From the NCBI GenBank assembly GCA_050575255.1, contig JBNZDD010013694.1, forward strand, positions 434,584-496,575: a stretch of DNA of 61,992 nt. Direction: 5' to 3'. Position 1 is the stretch's first letter, and each line of letters begins with the position of its first letter. Shown here piece by piece: positions 51,096-61,992 of this stretch. The notes under the pieces are model-generated. The model saw only the letters and a program-made list of their open reading frames with translations. It did not search any database and was not told the origin of the DNA. The position numbers and the translations under genes are program-made. The stretch comes from Harriotta raleighana (Eukaryota).

Positions 51096-52209
51096 TTAGC
51101 CAAAAATCCGTCAGATAAATGAGATGAAAATCTTCCAGATAAACACTATTGAATTTCCTCAAAAATACACCATTTCTACCCATACCCATGAATGTGAATC
51201 ACTCTGATACATTGACAATGTAAGCAACATACAAAATATTAGTATTCTTCTAATATTTATTATTTTATTGCAGCTGCTCATCTCTACCTCCAATGATTAA
51301 AAGTTTACATAATTCAATATTGATTTAAAATTAAACACTTCAACAATGAAATCCGAAATTACATTAGGATACAATCTTGTCTCTTCAGCATGCTCTGTAT
51401 TGAATGTGAAATTGTGGTTCAGGCAGCATCATGCAGGCAATTTATTATTCTTGACTTTCACTGCAGCTTCTCTCAACCTGGCCAAGAAGTGTTCAATAGA
51501 CAACGCAAAACTAATTCCTTCATTTGCCAGTGGTGCCACCTCCCTTGTCTTAATTAGAATTACAAAAGCGATTGATTAATCTTCGACTAATATACCAGGT
51601 TGAATTGCAACAGCAATAACACTGCACCAATCACAATGCAGAAGAAGCCATGGTTGATCTAGCAGTGAGTTGTGCAATACATCACTGAAATTCTGTTGCT
51701 GCACCAGATAATGTAGCTCTTTAAAATGCTAAGAGATAACTATAATGACTGTGAGTGTTAGAATTAGAGGAAACAAGTACCATTTTAACAAATTAGGAGA
51801 GTCTGGAAGTACGAAGAAACTTCTAGTGATAGAATTGTGAGATATATTCTCATTAAAAAAATATTGCGGCATTGACGAAAAGGAAAAATCTCCAACACAA
51901 GAAAATAAATTCTTGGTCTTGTCTCAAGACCTTTGCCATAAAGGTAAAGATGGCAGAATTTTAGAAAACTCGTAAATTCATTTGGAAGCCATTTTTCTAT
52001 AGATCTTTTATAATATCAGCTTTCAAATTCTGAATAAATTTAAGCATTTTCCTAAATTCTGTGTAATTTATAATGTTACGGCAATGGTCCTAGGTTACGA
52101 TCAAGAGAAATGGCTAAAGACACATTTGAAGAGGAGAGTCTTGTGCTATAGCTTGAATCATGCAAGGGAGAAAGGGACTGTGGGATAGAGTTCAAAGATA
52201 CAGAAAGAA

Positions 52210-52410
52210 AAGTTGCCCTTTTTAAATAGTGCCATGGGATCTTTAACCTCCAGCTGAGGACAAGCAGAAGGAAATCTCATCTGAAAATCATCAGCTTCAA
52301 CAATGCAACTCTGCTTCAATGTTGAGCTGGAGTGTCAGCTCAAGATTGAAGCAGGTCCCGATGTGTGGTTTGAATCTACAATGTTTGGACCCAGAGGCAA
52401 AAGTCAAATT
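52210..52410 (-). mobile_element. Deu-type SINE fragment
   Basis: aatagtgccatgggatctttaac..ctggagtgtcagc..ccagaggcaa. Confidence 0.65.
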
Positions 52411-53179
52411 GACGAATTGAGTCAACCCAATGCAAATAAACACATTTGCATTGGTTCTGGAGCTAATTTTCAACATTTATCAATGGGATTCCTCAGTAAG
52501 GAACCCATTAGAGTTCATGTTAGGAAGTCCACTTGGAAGTAAATCATGTCAGAGCTGACTATCCTTGGGTTGGTGGGACAGACTTCTGGTAACTGAAAGC
52601 ATTTTCCATCATGAACTTTGAGCAATCACACCTGCATCAAGCATAAGGAATTATGTCATGAAATACTGCAAATTAGATGGCAGTACATAAATCTTACAAA
52701 ATTATTCTGTGCAATACTACTCTTCTTATTACTGTATACACAATAGCTCACGTTCTAAACATACAGTCGGACCAATATTGTATATAATCCATCCAGTAAC
52801 AGTGAGATTAACAAAATACCTGGCATCTTCAGGATGTAATTGCTTTAATTCTGGTCATAACTACACCACACTCCAGAAATGCTGTTTTTTGCAGTTGCAC
52901 CATGATCCTGCAGATTAATTAAGTGCAGGTTAGCAACATATTTCCGATCAGCTAGTCATATTTAATTGAAGTAGGGCTAAAGGCTATGCTATCAAAAATA
53001 ATTAGAAGTAGGGATAGGACATGATCAGCAGCAATGTATTTAATGGCTTTTCACTATAGTGCATGTCCATGATTTTATTTATGTTAATTGTCTGACTTTA
53101 GGTAATGTATTAACACTTCAATGTATTTGATAAACCCCTCACCGGAAATTGAAAACATAACTGCCAAGTTGGCAAGGAG

Positions 53180-53930
53180 AACAACAAAACAACTTGCATT
53201 TATATAGTGTCATTCACGTGGGGAACATCTTGGCATCTTGCTTAATAGTAGTGGAGCCTGATATCAAGCTGGGGAGAGAGGGGAAATAACCAGTGGCACG
53301 CTCAAAGAGGAAGGTCTTCTGGTACTATCTCAAGATGGGGAAGGAGGAAGGAAGGTGGATAGATCGAAGTTGAGAATTCCAGTTTCAGATGGCATAGCCA
53401 TAAGCACAGCCACTAAAGGTGGACCAGAGGAGATCAGGGTCATGGAGAGAGCCAGCTGAGTGGAGCGGAGGGAAGTGGGGTGTAAGTGGGCTAGAGAGGT
53501 CAGAAAGTCTGCAGGCATTAACTGATTTGGAAGAAAATTGATTAGAAGGAATCAATCCATTCAATAGGAAGCCCGACAAGAACTGGATGAGGAGTTTGGA
53601 GTGAGTCAGGATACAGGAGGATTCAGGTGTTTTGAATTAGTTGGATTTTATCAGTAGTGCAGCTGGGAAGACAGGAGGAGAGCACTGGAAAAATCGAGGC
53701 AAGCGGTGATAAATTATGGTGTTGGCTGCATTGGGTATGAGGTACGGTTAGAGGCACCAATGAGGCAGATATAGTGGAAAACGGTTCTGGCCAGGGATCA
53801 GATGTGAGTAGAAAGGACAACTAAAGATCAACCTAGGTTACTCACAGGTTCAGCAAGTCTGAAGGATCAAGAGTGGAATTTTTGACAAGGGAATGATTAC
53901 AATGGTTTTGAGCAGGATGGTGCCTGAGAA
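53180..53930 (-). mobile_element. L2 3' fragment
   Basis: aacaacttgcatttatatagtgtcattcacg tail; DKIQLIQN peptide. Confidence 0.82.
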
Positions 53931-53973
53931 GAACAGATTAACTGTATAGTACTTGACCACAATGGGCAGGGGC

Positions 53974-54324
53974 AATAATAATAATTCTTTCAATGTATAT
54001 AGCGTCTTATCACATCTTCGAGATGTCCCAAAGAACCTCACAGAATATGCTATAAAGTGAACTTCTGTATATTTTGTGGGCGAAACTCAGCAGCCAATAC
54101 CGTACACCAGTGTTCCACAAACAGTCGTTGATTAATTTTTTTAAGCAATTATTACTCCCGGAAAGGCAATCTGCCAATCGACTAACAACCGAGTTCCTGC
54201 TTACTGCTAGGTAAACAGAGGCGTGTGGAGTAAGGATACTTGTCCGATGTTTTACCCGGCAGGAATCAAACCCAGGTCTCTTGCTTACGAAGCTGGTTCT
54301 CTAACCACTGAGCTACATGGCTCC
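53974..54324 (-). mobile_element. SINE family A, long subfamily, full length
   Basis: Tail, body, extra segment, head end gagctacatggctcc. Confidence 0.92.
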
Positions 54325-54870
54325 ACTGAGTAATGGTAAGATCATCAAGTTACAAATATAATATTCAGTGATGTGATAATTAAAAGTTAATAATCCTTAT
54401 ATTTGATAATGTGCCTTATGCGTCAGCAAGATGTATCAAAGTACTTCATAGGATTTACTGTAAAGTGTAGCGACTGTGTTTTGTAGGCATAATTATCACA
54501 ACACTGCATTTTTGGATCACTAAACTAATTATGAATTACATTTGCAACATATAAATGTGTTCCTCTGAATTTATTAATTCTTTCAATTAAAATGAACACC
54601 ACCTTATGGACATATAAGGTTAAATAAAGCTTTTTCTGAAGTTGTATGCAGAATAATTAAAACTGAATAAATGTACCTTTGTACATTTTTCTACTCGACA
54701 ATCACTCTCACATCTTCTACCTCAGGTGACAAAGTACACCCCTGTTTTGAAACTACAGTATTCACAAAACACAATGACACATGGCATATCTCCCTCCACT
54801 GGCATAAACTCTCCTTTATCTGGAGATGGACTGATATTCTAGAGTATTCACTGCATTGCACATTCATAGC

Positions 54871-55022
54871 AGTCCGGTAGCTCAGTGGTTAGAGCACTTG
54901 CTTTGCAAGTGAGAGACCCGAGTTCAATTCCAGGCAGGGTGAAACCTTGGGCAAGTTTCCTTACTCTGCACACCTAATATTAATCCCCCGAAAAAACAAT
55001 AATAAATTGGTAATTTCAATCC
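54871..55022 (+). mobile_element. SINE family A 5' half (tRNA-Ala-like head)
   Basis: tagctcagtggttagagcacttgctttgcaagtgagagacccgagttcaattcc. Confidence 0.9.
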
Positions 55023-56586
55023 AGGAATTTGACTCAACTGAGTGCGAACACAATGAATTAACCAATCAGTCCACATGAATGGGTATGGGTGTACATGGAG
55101 TGTGTACACATCAAGCTGCTTGCTTCATCACCTTCCTGAAAGACATTGCAGCACATCTATGCAGTCTCTCACCATCAATTATCTGTTATGCTCTCTTTGT
55201 CATGTTAGCTTGAGGTAAAGCAGCTCCATGTTATTGTCTAACTTTATGCAATATTTAAATGTGTTTAATGAGCCTTACACCAGATTTGAAAACATAACCA
55301 TTGAGTTAGCTAGGAGTTATGCGAAGATCCACAAATGTGTATTGATTTGAACTGGTATCCCATGAAGTGACACAAACATACAGCCAGTAGCAAGCATGGT
55401 GATTGGAGGAGGAGTCCATATTAAAAGTCATGAATATTTGAAAACATTAACTGTACCTCACTATTGCAATGCAAATGATTGTAAAGTCTATATAAACTAA
55501 GTAAGAGTGCCCATCAACTCATTGGGATCACAGACTGCACTGCAAATGACAAGAAATTGTGTCTTCAGTAGCAAACTGAATAGAAGATAAGTACCATGTA
55601 CTTTGTCACAAGGAATACTTGAGTTGTGAATGGATGAGTTTTGGTAATGATGTATAATCAAACATTTAACACTTCAGTCCTGTCCCAGAAACTTTAACAA
55701 AGAAAAACATCTCAGCAAGATGTCAGTGCTGTCAGAAATGAAATTCTTGAACAATGCAAAATTGCACTGCAGCTAGCAATTAAGCCTAATAGCCAGTTCC
55801 CGCTTGTTCCTCCAGTGTTAATTTAATAAGGTTAACATTTTATCACTATTACAGGTACCACAATTTAATGCATTAATAATGTATTGTTTAAAATCCCACA
55901 TGATTTATTTGACTACTTTAGTTCAACTCCCACTAAGGTAGATTGGGTTCAGTTATTATTAAAAACCTGATGATGTAAAAAATTATTTCTAACTTTCTAT
56001 TCTTGATACATTTTACTGGTCATCAAAGTGAGACTACTGTTGTGTGACAGCATAACATTTGGGGCATCACATATGGACCATGGTAAGATGTAGAATAAAG
56101 ATTCGACAATTCCAACCACAATACAGTTTCTCTAATGGTTGTTGAACTAAATTCTCTCAGAAAAGATATTTGGCATTTGTCAGTCCAATGGCCCAACTAC
56201 ATAATCTACCTGGATCCCTCTACATTTGATCAGTGTGTTCCCTGTCATTGGCAACTGCCCCAAATGGTATCATAAGCAAACTTATACAAATTTTATATTA
56301 TGAATCCTGTGGCATTAACATTTCCTGTGTCTGATGTTGATTGAAGGATTATGCCTTAAAGTTATCGGGGGAGTGTTAGCAATGTGGTGACATTAGACAT
56401 ATGACATGCCAGCTTCAGAAGCTTAGTTACACAAGCAGCAAAAAGACAAAATAATAGTAGCAGAGGCTGGATGATGTGATTGCTGCATAGCACAGGTGTG
56501 ATCTGCAATACAGCACTCAGGGAGGACAACTGAACCTGAAGTAGTAAGGAACTAGGCACAGTGTAAGAAAAATTTAATCAAGAAAT

Positions 56587-56848
56587 GATGATTATAATAA
56601 TAATAATCCTTGTATTTGATATAGCGACTTTTCACATCTTAATGATGTCGCAAAGCGCTTCACAGAATATACAGTAAAGTAAATTGACTATATATTTGTG
56701 GGCGAAATGCAGCAGCCAACTGCGCACAGCAGTGTCCCACAAACAGTCATGGATTGAAATGACCAATTTTATTATTGTGTGTTTTTTTGGACGGATTATT
56801 ATTAGGTGTAAGAAAACTTGCCCAAGGTTCTCTCTGATCTGCCTGGAT
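56587..56848 (-). mobile_element. SINE family A, 5'-truncated
   Basis: Tail and body. Confidence 0.92.
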
Positions 56849-57606
56849 GGATCAGAAGTGAGAATTTCCAGGACATAAAGGATAATGGATGAGGATGATA
56901 ATACAAATTCAAATTCACAAATTTGCAAAGGTTTCAGATGGATTAGAAGTATTGCAAGTAGACCATTGATTGGATAAAGTGGATTGGATCACATGCCTAG
57001 TTAAGACTAATGTTCATCACAACTAAACTGTACTCTGTATAAAACACTATTACTCTAGATGTTATTTCTATGTTACTATGTTACTATCTGATATATTTTA
57101 TTATATATTCAAATCTTCCTTTTCCTAATTTAGAGTGTGAGCACAAAATCAATTTCACTGGATAAATGCAAAGCTAATTCCCAAATGTGTGGATTTTGGC
57201 TAAGTGATGCACAGATGTAACAGATTTTGCAATTATAAAATCCTTTCCAAAATGAAACATGGTACACTACCAAGCTAAACAAGTGACTAAAAACAAGGGG
57301 ATGGATATAGATCTTTATTATTCAGCAGAGTTTTTACACATACTCATTTTTTTCATCCAGAAATCTTCAGTGAGACTAACTGCTTTATGTGTTATCCCTT
57401 TAAATCCAAGATGATACTCATTTTCTTTACTATTTGCTATTTTCTTTACGTTTTTGCAATCAATCTCATCATCCCATGTCTTCTATGTATACAATTTGAT
57501 CAAAACATTGTAATATCTAACCTATTATCTAAGCAAAATCATCATTTCAGTAAGGCATATTAGACATTGTAATGGTTTCACCCCATTTTGGTCACCCTGT
57601 AATTTG

Positions 57607-57924
57607 CAGGGCAAAATGTTAGGTGAATTTCCTTACTCCACACACCTCTGTGTACCGAGCAGTATGTAGGAACCTGGTTGTTAGTCAATTGGCCAATCGG
57701 TTTTCCGGGGATAATACATGTTTTAAAAAATACTAATTTGGTGACTCATTCATCATTATTATTTACAGGGTAAAGTGCTATATCAAATGTAAGGATTATA
57801 ATCTATTATTATATTTCATTCACAAAATACAGAGCCAATTCACTTTACAATATAGTCTGTGAAGCGCTTTGAGACATCTCAATTAATTATAAAGCACTCT
57901 ATCAAATGCAAGCATTATCATTAT
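57607..57924 (+). mobile_element. SINE family A long subfamily, middle replaced by a second tail-like piece
   Basis: Two tail motifs (~57773-57800 and ~57890-57924). Confidence 0.8.
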
Positions 57925-58059
57925 TTCATGTACTGCAGACCAACACTGCTTAGTTTACATTCTATTCCTTCTGTTCATTCTGCTATCTCAACAGTGCATT
58001 TTTTTTACCTCATGAAATTTCTCAGTCTAGTATTTTATCCTCATAGGCTTAGTGGTAAA

Positions 58060-58300
58060 GGAGAAGATCTTGTCCAGCACAAGATCATACAGACTGGAAA
58101 GTTCACATCCTGGGTTGTGATGATTCACCGTCATTCGTAACAATTTGCCTGAAACTACCTTGGTTAAGAATTGAAAAATCAGCTGAAGTTTCTGCTCCTG
58201 ATTGCTATCCAAATACCTTGCTGAAAGATACTGCTGTGTGTGCGTCAGATGGATCTAGAATAGGAATGGTCTGCAATGGACCCTCATTGATAGTAACTAT
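58060..58300 (+). mobile_element. Ancient AmnSINE2-like SINE
   Basis: catacagactggaaag..acaatttgcct..gaaaaatcagc..tgctcctgattgctatcca..ttgctgaaag matches the recalled consensus order. Confidence 0.6.
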
Positions 58301-61289
58301 CATCACCAGGAGGAAAAAAGAAGTCAAAAGTGCTTTCAGGAGAGGAGTTTGCGTAGGTGAGGAAATTGGAGGGAAACATTAAGATAAATTGTGGGAATCC
58401 ATCCAGAGAGAGACTTATTATCAATAGCCTGACGTTTTACTTTGCAGCAGATCAAGCAACCGTGTTCCCTGAGCTCCATAATTTTGCCTTAAATCCTGAA
58501 GGAATCATTTGCTATGAGATAATAGACACTAAATACATTCAGCCAAAAAACGCACAATGGATTCTGAGGTCAAGCTGTGATGCAATTACTGCAGCAAAAT
58601 ACAACAACAACAACTTCGATTTATATAGCGCCCCTCCACTCCGGACGGCGTCTCAGAGTGCTTCACAATATCAGATCCTGGGACCGAGCCAGAGGCAGGG
58701 GTAGAAAGGTGAACAACAACTGCAATAACATAACAATCAATATACAGTAACTTAATCAAGAAAGTAAATCGAAATATACCAAAAGAGCTTTTAAGGTCCA
58801 TCAGCTGCAGGTATTTTAGATCAAGTGTAGGAAGGGTCCCAGATTTGTTCAAGGGGGAACTTCCTTTTCTTAATCCCAAAGGGATAGAATATTAGATTTG
58901 GATAGACATCTGAGAAATCATTTTTTTCAAAGTGTTGCAGATCATTTTCTTTCAATTGGTTACTTGGTTTCCATCTCTCTGTATAATACCCTGTCTTGCT
59001 TTTCTCTGTGCACGTTCTTACCTTTTTATTTAATTCACTTTCAACAGATTGTTAATGCCCACAAACAAAAACCTGTGAGAGACAGGGAGAAGATAATCAA
59101 CTAGCCAAGATGACAACAAATCAATAAGAAAATGATTTGACAATGAATTGGATGGAGAAAACCACATACAGCTGGGAATGCAAGAGATGGCAAGAATGTA
59201 ATTAAAGCAGAAAAACAGATTATAACCACAACAACAACTTGCATTTATATAATGGCCTTCACACAAGGTAGCGTAGAAGTAGATCACTTGAACAAACACG
59301 CAGAGAAAATATTCTGCATTATTTGTAAACGTTCACATAAGCAGGAGGGTAGCAGGGAACCTTCAACGCAGAAACTGTGCAGTTGGACATTTCTCAACAA
59401 AAAAGTGAGATTGCACTCTCACCTCATGGTTCTGTTTGAACACAAAGAGTATATCTCTTAATGTATTCCAAAATATATCCAATAATTATTTTGATTCTTC
59501 TTTGAAAAGATGAAGGGATACAAGACTGAAATTGTTCAGAATGGAGAGCAGCCACATATGCTAACTTAATGGGGTGAAAAATGCCTTGAATCTGTTAAGA
59601 AATACTGCAGTTCTCACCCCATATCAATAATTTCTATTGGAAATCTTTCCTTGTTAACTTTGGTGAACACAATCCAATATAATTTACATTAGATTTGATC
59701 CAAATCTGGAGTGACATTGTTTCTCTGCACTCCTATTTCAGTAACTAATTTTATTTCTTCACTTGCTTTCCCTTTCTCTAGTTGTCCAGCAGCCCTGATG
59801 AGAGGATTGCTGTAGGGCAGTCCTTCATCAGTGGAACTAAAGGTTCCACCACTGCAATATGCACTAAAACACCCTGCAGTTATGAGCTCTGCTTCTTTTC
59901 TCTTTTCTTGTTAAGAACCATCTGCCTGTCCATAAGGCATCTCCCCCATAGCCTAATGGCTGAGTTAAGCGATTCACTGAAATAGTCATATTTCTTAACT
60001 AGCATTCTTAAATAACTGAGTCCATTGCATCACAATAAGTCTAGTCTCAATGTTATACCCAGTCAGTACATGTTACGTTACCCTATACTCACTTTGACTC
60101 CTTCTTGCTGTACACCAAGTCAGAAGTCAGGGGATGAATCTAGAACTGACTATTCTTAACAACCTGGGCAATGTTTATTACAGTAACAATTTTCTTGATA
60201 TACTAGGGGCAGCTAGCTTTGCTCTGTTCATGCTATAAACTCCAGCCCAGATCAGGAATTCTTGTGTGTTTATTCACTGGGACTGAAACCAATACTTCCA
60301 CCACCTTATGTGTTTTATATGGAATGTGATTCTCAATGGCACCATTTGATTTAAGACTTTGAATGTCTTATCTCTGATCAAAAGCAGAATTTTTTTGTGT
60401 TTTTTTTTAAACACACACACACGGTAAGCTCAAACCTACCCACGCACACTTCCATTCACAACATTCCTCTCTTGAAAAGGATAAAATAATGCACTTGTCT
60501 ATCTGCCTGAACGCCCAAGTCAAATTGTCTGAAGCAAGATAACACAGAGATCTCTTTAAATATCTTCAGCAATATTTCAGACAACTTAATTCCCCCAGAA
60601 GAACTATATTGCTTTCATATTTAAAAAAAAAAGAAATTGAAGGAGAGAGTAACACGTGAAAATAAATTAAAATAACGAATGCAGATTCACAAGGTAGTGG
60701 TACAAAAAAATATTTTAGAGCTATCATTAATATTACTAATACATTTCACCTGAGAGGATGACAAGCCTTTTGTGTTTGGATTTACTACACAAGGAAAATA
60801 TGATGTACTCTGATAAGGTTCTCCATGTTTATATAATACATTTTCCTTGGTGATTGTTTTTTTTATATACACCCGCAGAAGAGATGTGAATGATAAAGTG
60901 TCTGTGAGTTAGATCCTGATTGTGAGCTGGATTGAGTTCTCATGATGGCTCTCAATGCCTTTTTCCCTTCGCTGAGTTTGATCACTTAAGTAAATGCTGA
61001 ATTTAGGACTCCCATCATTCACGTTATTGGAAACTGAAAAACCATAGCAATTAAATGCTGCGGTGGATGATGTATGGATGGATGGAGCTCGGCTCATGTA
61101 ACAAGACTGTGCTCACCGAAAGTAATCACAGAACAAAATGTTTGGATGGATTTCTGCCTCAGCACAATCCTTGAGGCAAGCAGCGAAATCAAACATTTCT
61201 GAGAACAGAAGATTAGAGGCTATCGTTTAACTTGCTTTGGGAATAAAAGAAAAAATTGACTTATATTATCGGATAAGATGAAAGCAATG

Positions 61290-61760
61290 GGTTGCAATCA
61301 CAGCGGCAGAGAGCGCTTACAGTCAGCAAACGGGACAAAAGGGAAATAGGGAATATTAATAGGGAAACCGAGCCGTATGGGATTGTTTAGATTATGGGAA
61401 AGATTTGTTTGGAGAGATACCCACAGAAGTATTGCTCGCCGCAAATCTAATATAAGTAGAAATGCCTCGAGATTAGGAAATGATATCCAAAAAAAAGTTT
61501 GGCTTGGGACTGTTTCCCACTGGACCCGAAACGAGTCAGAGAAGCAGAGAGGGAGAGAGGGAGAGTCGGGGAGCCAATCTGACTGTACAACACCTGAGGT
61601 TCATGTACAGCAGCTATAAAGCGCCATTGAATCGTGCGGCCTCGCGAATAACTATGAGGAAACTGAAACATCCCTGGCCTCCTTGAGATGTACACACTCC
61701 CGAAGGACATCTTTCAGTCACACAACAGCAGCCATGGACTATCAAGCTCCCGGTGGTCCC
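61290..61760 (+). promoter_or_regulatory. Putative promoter or 5' gene region
   Basis: Repeat-free, local CpG increase, AGCCAATC at 61572-61579, TATAAA at 61615-61620; gene identity and strand not established. Confidence 0.35.
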
Positions 61761-61836
61761 AGAAACTGCTCGAATATTATTATTACATACCATGCATTTG
61801 GCTCAAAACCCGCATGAGAGTGGGCAGATTGGTGCT

Positions 61837-61992
61837 GGGGGGTGTGGGGGGGGAGAGTTGGGAGATGGAGATAGGGAGAGATGAGAGCATCGTTCATCGA
61901 AACGAATGTGTTTTTCAGGTTTCTGTTGAAGAGGGGATCAGGGAATTGTTGCCTGGGGGGGTTTGGGAGCTCCTGGGGGGGGGGGGGTTGGG
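61837..61992 (+). repeat. G-run-rich low-complexity region (G-quadruplex-capable)
   Basis: Multiple G3-G13 runs. Confidence 0.7.

Noticed and set aside
54871-54945. tRNA-Ala(TGC) gene
   Set aside because: Continues into the SINE body shared by about 20 copies; it is a SINE head.
58160-58360. Apparent symmetric exons on both strands (IHLTHTQQ..; DGSRIGMV..)
   Set aside because: Overlap an AmnSINE2-like relic, mediocre splice sites, unrecognised peptides.
60337-60349. miR-29-like sequence tggcaccatttga
   Set aside because: Seed mismatch, diverges afterwards, no complementary 5' arm.

Overview
AT-rich, CpG-poor eukaryotic non-coding DNA, either intergenic or a large intron. The repeat content points to a cartilaginous fish, probably a holocephalan such as Callorhinchus; this is inferred from recalled repeat consensuses, not a database search. 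I cannot support any intact protein-coding gene, rRNA, true tRNA or CRISPR array. The longer ORF-track entries are decayed L2 reverse-transcriptase pieces or SINE-derived. The window holds about 20 copies of a tRNA-Ala-headed SINE with an L2-type tail, older Deu-type (SacSINE1/AmnSINE1-like) and AmnSINE2-like SINEs, L2/CR1/RTE LINE fragments, a Penelope-like end with a decayed hammerhead core, and six TA-flanked CAGTAAAA-TIR MITEs, three of them stacked inside one SINE. Several exact duplications around single Ns are probably assembly overlaps. The last ~700 bp look promoter-like (CpGs, CCAAT, TATAAA). I did not find a convincing new biological system. The most unusual signal is three local inverted-copy events (a 66-bp inverted duplication, a perfect 30-bp inverted insertion, and a micro-inversion with duplicated ends) that suggest template-switch or templated-insertion repair. 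Repeat boundaries are approximate (about +/-20 bp) unless TIR/TSD coordinates are stated.
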